Assembly: GCA_937924805.1 (NCBI GenBank)
Contig: CALDTZ010000006.1
Coordinates: 81,635-145,634, forward strand
Source: an uncultured Saprospiraceae bacterium
Lineage (GTDB): Bacteria; Bacteroidota; Bacteroidia; Chitinophagales; Saprospiraceae
Length of the DNA: 64,000 nucleotides
Reading direction: 5' to 3'
In this document: positions 58,141-64,000 of the stretch, piece after piece
Position numbering within the stretch: position 1 is the first letter of the stretch
Layout: each line of letters opens with the position of its first letter
Translations under genes and position numbers: made by a program
Notes under the pieces: generated by a model
The model's input: the letters and a program-made list of their open reading frames with translations, nothing else
The model's database searches: none
What the model was told of the DNA's origin: nothing

Positions 58141-59352
58141 ATGCCAACAAAAAAAGTAGAATTCTATAATGACTTGGGTCATAAACTGTCAGGAAAAATA
58201 GATTTGCCACTAAAAAAATCACCCTACCCTTTTGCTATTTTCGCACATGTTTTTACCGGAAATAAAAACCTCAAAGGTGCTAGACATATTACTAGAGCTT
58301 TAAATCTTGCAGGTATTGCCGTACTAAGGTTTGATTTTACAGGTTTAGGTGAAAGTGAAGGAAACTTTGAAGATTCTAATTTTTCCACCAATGTAAATGA
58401 TATTCTTGCTGCTTCGGCTTTTTTGTCAGAACATTATACTACTCCGGAGATCATTATAGGTCAATCTCTAGGTGGTGCCGCTTCTATTTTTGCTGCTAAA
58501 AAAATGAAAAATGTAAAGGCCGTTGCAACAATTGGGTCTCCTGCAAACCCCGAACATGTAATGCATTTACTTAGCGGATCTTTGAAAGAAATAAATGAAA
58601 AAGGTCAATCTGAAGTCCAAATCGATGGCAGAAAATTTATTATAAAAAAACAATTTATAGATGATTTGCATGCTCAAAACATGGACAATGTTTTAGAAAA
58701 CCTTGACAAAGCGTTACTCGTTTTACATTCTCCTCAAGACTTTATTGTAGAAATAGAAAATGCAGCACACATTTATCAAAAAGCCAAACATCCAAAGAGT
58801 TTTGTCACCTTAGATGGTGCTAACCATATGTTGACAAATAAAGATGATGCTTTTTATACTGGACAAGTCATTGCCTCTTGGGCAGAACGATATATTGACA
58901 TGATGAGTACAAAAAAGCTAACAACAGAAAAGCAGGTGGTCGCTCGACTTGGGGCCGAAGGATATTCAACAGAAGTCTTAGCTGGAAAACACGGTTTTGT
59001 TGCCGATGAATCTGAAAATTTAGGCGGCAATGATTTTGGACCTTCACCATATGAATTATTAAATGCAGCGCTAGGTGCTTGTACAGCAATGACATTACAA
59101 ATGTATGCTAGAAGAAAAAAATGGCCTTTAGAAGAAGTTAATGTCCATTTATCTTTCGGAAGATCATATTTTGATGATTGTACAGGTTGTGAAGATGACT
59201 CAAAAAGGTTAGACCATTTTGAAAAAGTAGTAGAGTTAAAGGGTCCACTTTCCCAGGAACAAATTGCAAGGTTATTACAAATAGCAGACCGTTGCCCCGT
59301 TCACAAAACATTAGCTTCGGAAACCAGATTTACGACTACATTAAAAACTTAA
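58141..59352 (+). CDS. alpha/beta-hydrolase fused to OsmC/Ohr-family peroxiredoxin-like domain
   Basis: The ORF opens at TTG 58111, and the first ATG is at 58141. Nucleophile elbow GQSLGG and HMLT near the C-end of the hydrolase part. The OsmC part has GPSPYELLNAALGACT...ADRCPVHKTL. Confidence 0.8.
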   Translation: MPTKKVEFYNDLGHKLSGKIDLPLKKSPYPFAIFAHVFTGNKNLKGARHITRALNLAGIAVLRFDFTGLGESEGNFEDSNFSTNVNDILAASAFLSEHYTTPEIIIGQSLGGAASIFAAKKMKNVKAVATIGSPANPEHVMHLLSGSLKEINEKGQSEVQIDGRKFIIKKQFIDDLHAQNMDNVLENLDKALLVLHSPQDFIVEIENAAHIYQKAKHPKSFVTLDGANHMLTNKDDAFYTGQVIASWAERYIDMMSTKKLTTEKQVVARLGAEGYSTEVLAGKHGFVADESENLGGNDFGPSPYELLNAALGACTAMTLQMYARRKKWPLEEVNVHLSFGRSYFDDCTGCEDDSKRLDHFEKVVELKGPLSQEQIARLLQIADRCPVHKTLASETRFTTTLKT

Positions 59353-60443
59353 TGTACCAGTCTTGACTTCCAACGATATTTTGGACTTATTAAAGAAACA
59401 AGTCCAAAAACAACAATATATATTGAATGAACTATAGATAAAAGATAGACCTTTGATAATGGAATTTTTTCATTAAAAAAAGGCATTAATCTACGTAGGT
59501 AGATTACATCAAATATGGCTTTAATCCCGATAAAAACCAGCGAAAAAAAAGGGTTGACAAATACTATTAACAATAAATATAGATTCAAAGACCAAATAAA
59601 AATCATTAAACTGTTTAAGTAAATATCAGAATATTTCGCATTTTTTGACGCCCAACGGGTTCGTTGTGAAACTAAGGATTTAAAAGAATTCATAGCATCC
59701 GTTTCGACCATTGACGCGTTTTTTAGAATAAATTGTATTTGATTCTTATCATCCTGAGCTAATCGCTGAATTAAAAACATATCATCTCCAGAAGAATAAT
59801 CATCACCATTTTTTGATGTTCCAAAATTTTGCTTTCTAAAGCTCATATTGGCGCCATTTGCCATGTACCATTTTTGCGACTTAATTCCAGCATTTGTAAC
59901 TGCCATCATACCCATATTGTCAAGCGATTGAAATTGAGTAAGTAAGGAGTTTTTATGTTTGATTTTTATTGGACCACCTAAAAAAGTATACTTTTTATCA
60001 CTATGTTTCGAACCATGGTTTGAAAGCCACTCTTTTCCTACCGTTGTATCTCCATCGGTTTGAAGGACAATTTCTCCTTTGCATTTTTCCAAACCAATTT
60101 GTATTGCTTTCTTTTTGCTACTATTTTTTGCTAGTGAAATATGATCTTCACAATTGATTAATAGTAGATTCGGACAACCCATATTTAAAACAATAGAACT
60201 CGATGTATCTGTAGAAAAATCATTCAATACAATAATTTCATACCTCGATTTAGGGTAGCTATTTTGTAGAATTGAATCTATACACTGCCTAATATTTTTT
60301 TCTTCATTCCTTATCGGAATTAAGACAGAAATAAAAGGAGGCTTTTGTTGATTATGAACAACTTCATCTTCAATCCAAAAAGACTGAATATAATTCAACA
60401 AAAACCCATAGAAAAGGATAAAAAACGAGGTTATTCCAATCAT
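59349..60443 (-). CDS. membrane-associated family-2 glycosyltransferase
   Basis: 364-aa ORF. ISVLIPIRNEEKNI...LNDFSTD, a TDGDT (DxD) motif, the QRTRW motif and C-terminal TM helices. Confidence 0.75.
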   Translation of the reverse strand: MIGITSFFILFYGFLLNYIQSFWIEDEVVHNQQKPPFISVLIPIRNEEKNIRQCIDSILQNSYPKSRYEIIVLNDFSTDTSSSIVLNMGCPNLLLINCEDHISLAKNSSKKKAIQIGLEKCKGEIVLQTDGDTTVGKEWLSNHGSKHSDKKYTFLGGPIKIKHKNSLLTQFQSLDNMGMMAVTNAGIKSQKWYMANGANMSFRKQNFGTSKNGDDYSSGDDMFLIQRLAQDDKNQIQFILKNASMVETDAMNSFKSLVSQRTRWASKNAKYSDIYLNSLMIFIWSLNLYLLLIVFVNPFFSLVFIGIKAIFDVIYLRRLMPFFNEKIPLSKVYLLSIVHSIYIVVFGLVSLISPKYRWKSRLVH

Positions 60444-60911
60444 TTAGTTTTCGAACAAGTCATCATAAGAGTCTTCGGCATTTTGTTTTGGTGCTTCTAG
60501 GTCTGGTAACTCTAAAAAATCATCTACCTCTTCCTCAACTTCTTCATATTCTACAAATTCCTCTTCTTTTCTTTTTTGTTTTGTTTTTACTTGTTTTTTA
60601 AGCTTATATTGAAGAAATGCTTTGAAAAATAAAAAGGTACCAACAAATGGATATCCAATGACAGAAAGTGCAGAATATATAAAACCACGAGGTGCATCTT
60701 TTTTTATCGTTTTTCCTAACCATTTGATATAGTCAAATACGACATGCCTGTTCATGATTAAAGCAATAATAAGAAGGATAGGCCCGATGGTGTATATTAT
60801 CGATATGATTCCCATTGCTAACTGAAACAAAAGATATAGAATGATTGCAAAAACGGCAATGCCTATAATTCCTGCTAAAGGGTTGGAAGGTCTGTTTTGA
60901 TTAAAAGCCAT
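60444..60911 (-). CDS. hypothetical membrane protein with acidic C-terminal tail
   Basis: 155-aa ORF. About 3 TM helices, then a KKQVKTKQKRK stretch and an EEEFVEYEEVEEEVDDF tail. Its stop abuts the GT2 start. Confidence 0.5.
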   Translation of the reverse strand: MAFNQNRPSNPLAGIIGIAVFAIILYLLFQLAMGIISIIYTIGPILLIIALIMNRHVVFDYIKWLGKTIKKDAPRGFIYSALSVIGYPFVGTFLFFKAFLQYKLKKQVKTKQKRKEEEFVEYEEVEEEVDDFLELPDLEAPKQNAEDSYDDLFEN

Positions 60912-60989
60912 AGTCTATTATTTATTAATGCCAATCCAAAAATACATAATAAAGTTTCATGACTTCGATGTCTCCTTGGGTTTTATCGA

Positions 60990-62744
60990 CTAATCTGTAC
61001 TGGCAAATTGCATTTCGTACAATGCTTGATACTTTCCATTTGGTTTTTTCATGAGCTCATTATGTGATCCAAATTCAACAAGAAGTCCTTTGTCAAGGAC
61101 CATAATCTTGTCTGCGTGACGAATCGTTGATAATCGATGGGCAATTATTATGGAGGTTCTTTTTTGAATTAATCGTTCAATTGCATATTGAATAATGGAT
61201 TCCGTTTCAGTGTCGATAGAGCTTGTCGCTTCATCCAAAATTAAAATATCTGGATTGTGGACTAATGCTCTAACAAAAGAAATCAATTGCCTTTGTCCCA
61301 TAGACAAATTTGCCCCTCTTTCCAACACTTCTTGGTTATAACCATTAGGAAGTACTTCTATAAATTTATGAGCACCGATCATTTTTGATGCTTGTATAAT
61401 ATCTTTGTCTGTAATCGAATTATCAAGCAAACGAATATTATCATAAATCGATCCATTGAAAAGGAAAACATCCTGAAGAACGGTAACAAAATGTTTTCTA
61501 TATTGATGAAGTTCATAATTGTGAATATCCTCTCCATCGATTGAAATAGAGCCTCCATTAATTTCGTAAAATCGATTTAGAATATTTATAATGGTTGTTT
61601 TACCAGAACCTGTACTTCCAACAATAGCCAACGTTTCACCTGGATTCATTTTGAAATCAATGTTTTTCAAAACATATTGATCTTTATTATAGGCAAAACT
61701 TACATTACTAAATTCTATTTTTCCCTTCAATTTTTCAACAACGGTTTTTCCTTCGTTCTGAATTTTGGATTCATCATCAAGTATATTGTAAATTCTTTCC
61801 CCTGACACCAGTCCCATTTGTAAGGTATTAAACTTATCAGCTAGAAGCCTAATTGGTCTAAACAACATATTTAGATACATAGGAAACGAAATTAGCGCAC
61901 CAAAAGAGATTGTATTTTCCCAGTACCCAGAAGTTCCCCACCAAACCATTAAAGCGAAAGCCAACGATGAAATTAGCTCAACCACAGGAAAAAAAATAGC
62001 ATAATATAAAATCGAGTCTAAATTTGCTCTCGTATATTTTTTATTTATAGCTTCAAATTTATCCATCTCTTGTTGCTCTGCATTAAATATTTGAACGATC
62101 CTCATACCACTTATTCGCTCTTGCAAAAAAGCATTCATTTCTGCTAATTGAGTCCTAACCTTTTGATAGGAGATTCTTACCTTTTCTTTAAAAACATAGG
62201 TAGCTATGATAAGGAATGGAACTGTAACTAAAACAATTACGGTTAAACGCCAACTTGTAAAAAACATCATACCTAATACGGCAAAAATGCTAATTACATC
62301 TGCGGCCATCGTGATCATTCCTTGAGTAAAAACATTATTTAAAGTCTCATTATCATTTATGGTTCTTGTCGTAGATTGCCCAATTGGTGTTTTATCAAAA
62401 TAACTAAGTGGCATACTTGTAATCTTTGAAAACACTCGAACCCTTAAATCTTTAATTACATTTTGTGATAGTAGCGCTGTATTGTATATAAAAAAATAAC
62501 GCAACACAGCATTCAAAATCACTACACCGACATAAATTAAAGCAATCATTTGTAACCCTGGTATATCTGCTTGGAAGATATAATCATCTACCATCACGGA
62601 TATTAAATATGGTCTTACAGCAGATATAGGAGCTAATATAATTGCCATTGAAACACAGAAAAAAAACAAAAACTTATAAGGCATCATTTCCGACAATAAT
62701 CGGAGTAACAGCTTTAGATCAAAGTTTTTATTTTTTTGTTTCAT
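60990..62744 (-). CDS. ABC exporter, fused permease/ATPase (MsbA-like)
   Basis: 584-aa ORF. Six-TM domain, Walker A GSTGSGKTT, signature LSMGQRQ, Walker B ILILDEATS and an H-loop AHRLST. Confidence 0.9.
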   Translation of the reverse strand: MKQKNKNFDLKLLLRLLSEMMPYKFLFFFCVSMAIILAPISAVRPYLISVMVDDYIFQADIPGLQMIALIYVGVVILNAVLRYFFIYNTALLSQNVIKDLRVRVFSKITSMPLSYFDKTPIGQSTTRTINDNETLNNVFTQGMITMAADVISIFAVLGMMFFTSWRLTVIVLVTVPFLIIATYVFKEKVRISYQKVRTQLAEMNAFLQERISGMRIVQIFNAEQQEMDKFEAINKKYTRANLDSILYYAIFFPVVELISSLAFALMVWWGTSGYWENTISFGALISFPMYLNMLFRPIRLLADKFNTLQMGLVSGERIYNILDDESKIQNEGKTVVEKLKGKIEFSNVSFAYNKDQYVLKNIDFKMNPGETLAIVGSTGSGKTTIINILNRFYEINGGSISIDGEDIHNYELHQYRKHFVTVLQDVFLFNGSIYDNIRLLDNSITDKDIIQASKMIGAHKFIEVLPNGYNQEVLERGANLSMGQRQLISFVRALVHNPDILILDEATSSIDTETESIIQYAIERLIQKRTSIIIAHRLSTIRHADKIMVLDKGLLVEFGSHNELMKKPNGKYQALYEMQFASTD

Positions 62745-62811
62745 ATGAACTTACTAATGTAATACAATAATCAAATGAAGAGGATTGTTTTTAATTTTCT
62801 ATTTTAAAATC

Positions 62812-63504
62812 CTATAACCAACCTTCATCTGCAAAACTAGTATATCCAAATTCAGAAATTATAAGATGGTCCATAATTTTCATGTCAAGCATTTTTCCTG
62901 CTTCCACTAGTTTTTTAGTAATATTCCGATCTGCTTGGCTTGGTTTTAAATTACCACTAGGATGATTATGACTCAATAAAATAGAAACTGCTTTATTATC
63001 AAGTGCATGTTTAAAAATAATTTTTGGATCTACAACTGTTCCCGTTATGCCTCCTTTACTAATTAAAATAACATTATAGAGTCTATTGTTTTGATTCAAC
63101 AAGGCTATGTAAAACAGTTCCACTGTTTCACTGTCAAAAAGGTGCTTTAATTCGTTGTATGCATCTTGTGAACTACTAATTTGAGGAAATACCGTAGGTA
63201 AAGCTTGTTTTTTTCTCCTACCCAGTTCTAAAGCCGCAATTAAAGTAATTGCTTTCGCTGGCCCGATACCTTTAAATTTTTGCAAATCCGCAACAGAAGC
63301 TTTGCTCAATAAAAGTAAATCCTGATTAAATGATTTCAATAATCTTTGTGAAAGAGCAACAGCTGATTCTTCATAAGAACCAGATCCAAATAGAATAGCT
63401 AGAAGTTCAGATTTACTTAAAGCTTGCCGTCCTTTTTTGAGTAATTTTTCTCTTGGGCGGTCTTCTTCAGCCCAAGACTTAATGGAATGATAAGTCGAGT
63501 ACAT
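62812..63504 (-). CDS. radC: RadC-family JAB/MPN-domain protein
   Basis: 230-aa ORF. HhH region (FKGIGPAKA) and the JAMM motif HNHPSGNLKPSQAD. Confidence 0.88.
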   Translation of the reverse strand: MYSTYHSIKSWAEEDRPREKLLKKGRQALSKSELLAILFGSGSYEESAVALSQRLLKSFNQDLLLLSKASVADLQKFKGIGPAKAITLIAALELGRRKKQALPTVFPQISSSQDAYNELKHLFDSETVELFYIALLNQNNRLYNVILISKGGITGTVVDPKIIFKHALDNKAVSILLSHNHPSGNLKPSQADRNITKKLVEAGKMLDMKIMDHLIISEFGYTSFADEGWL

Positions 63505-63534
63505 GGTTGTTGTTAATGATTCGACTTAAAAATA

Positions 63535-64000
63535 CTAATAATTTGCCTCAAAAAAGTTTCGATATTCAGCAACACTCTTTTTCTTAATTACTTCTCGATA
63601 ATTATTTTGAGTAAGTATAAAGTATTCAAAACTTACATTTTTTTGTTTTATATATTCTGCTTTTTTATTAGAAATGCCATCATAGTATGCCATCGCTTTT
63701 TCTTCACTATCAAACTTTCGAATTAATATAATTTTTGATTCATTTTCCTCATTAAGAATTATATTACTCATAGAGAGTCTGTCTAGTTTGTTATAAACTT
63801 TATGGTAAGCATTAATATCAGATTTTACTTTTCCAATCGCCTTGTCATCAAGTTTATACATTACAATTAATCCGTAATGTAGGTTAGATGAATCTCGCTT
63901 AAATGCGTTGCTAACTTCTTCGGCTATGGCTGGATTAAAAGCATCTTCATCCCCTTTTAAAAACCTAAGGATCTCATTAGCTCTTATCTGCTCCTTTGTG
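63535..64000 (-). CDS. C-terminal part of a larger protein of unknown function (5' end outside window)
   Basis: The track lists 63535-63861 from an internal Met. My hand translation upstream of it (..TKEQIRANEILRFLKGDEDAFNPAIAEEVSNAFKRDSSNLHYGLIV-M..) shows no stop up to position 64000, so the gene most likely starts beyond the window edge. Confidence 0.5.
   Translation of the reverse strand, partial: TKEQIRANEILRFLKGDEDAFNPAIAEEVSNAFKRDSSNLHYGLIVMYKLDDKAIGKVKSDINAYHKVYNKLDRLSMSNIILNEENESKIILIRKFDSEEKAMAYYDGISNKKAEYIKQKNVSFEYFILTQNNYREVIKKKSVAEYRNFFEANY

Overview
This is an AT-rich segment (by eye about one-third G+C; not computed) that reads as core chromosome of a Bacteroidota bacterium (Flavobacteriia/Cytophagia/Saprospiria type). 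I base the taxon on five points. Five proteins end in type IX secretion (T9SS) C-terminal sorting domains. A DUF2723/GT117 giant membrane protein is present. There is an acpP-fabF-rnc cluster. Start codons lack Shine-Dalgarno-like sequences. There is an ECF sigma / anti-sigma / periplasmic sensor triplet. I support about 58 protein-coding genes, one tRNA-Asn(GUU), several intrinsic terminators and one in-gene tandem repeat. Recognisable content falls into these groups. DNA/RNA maintenance: xth, radA, a UvrD-type helicase-nuclease, scpB, radC, rnc, a dksA-like gene. Transcription: rpoN, an ECF sigma, a two-component pair. Lipid and central metabolism: acpP, fabF, pyk, rpiB, methylmalonyl-CoA epimerase, a PfkB kinase. 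Proteases and peptidases: M24, M29, M28, M23, M43, and an S1 peptidase with a P-domain. Redox and stress proteins: two secreted thioredoxin-fold proteins, a secreted peroxiredoxin, two Hsp20, and a hydrolase-OsmC fusion. Envelope proteins: OmpA with TSP3 repeats, a lytic transglycosylase, glycosyltransferases, an MsbA-like ABC exporter. I see no CRISPR array, rRNA, transposase, integrase, phage genes or toxin-antitoxin pair, and I cannot point to a convincing new multi-gene system. The items most worth a second look are listed here. (1) A single-chain UvrD helicase fused to a Cas4/AddB-like four-cysteine nuclease, whose stop overlaps the radA stop. (2) A secreted beta-helix/coiled-coil protein 10 bp upstream of that helicase. 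(3) A run of T9SS cargo genes at 11.5-19.2 kb, including a secreted DUF1028 protein. (4) The region upstream of the tandem hsp20 genes, which holds a triplicated arm sequence and a sigma-54-like -24/-12 match. (5) Repeated convergent genes whose stop codons overlap. All functional calls come from motif recognition by eye; no database search was run.
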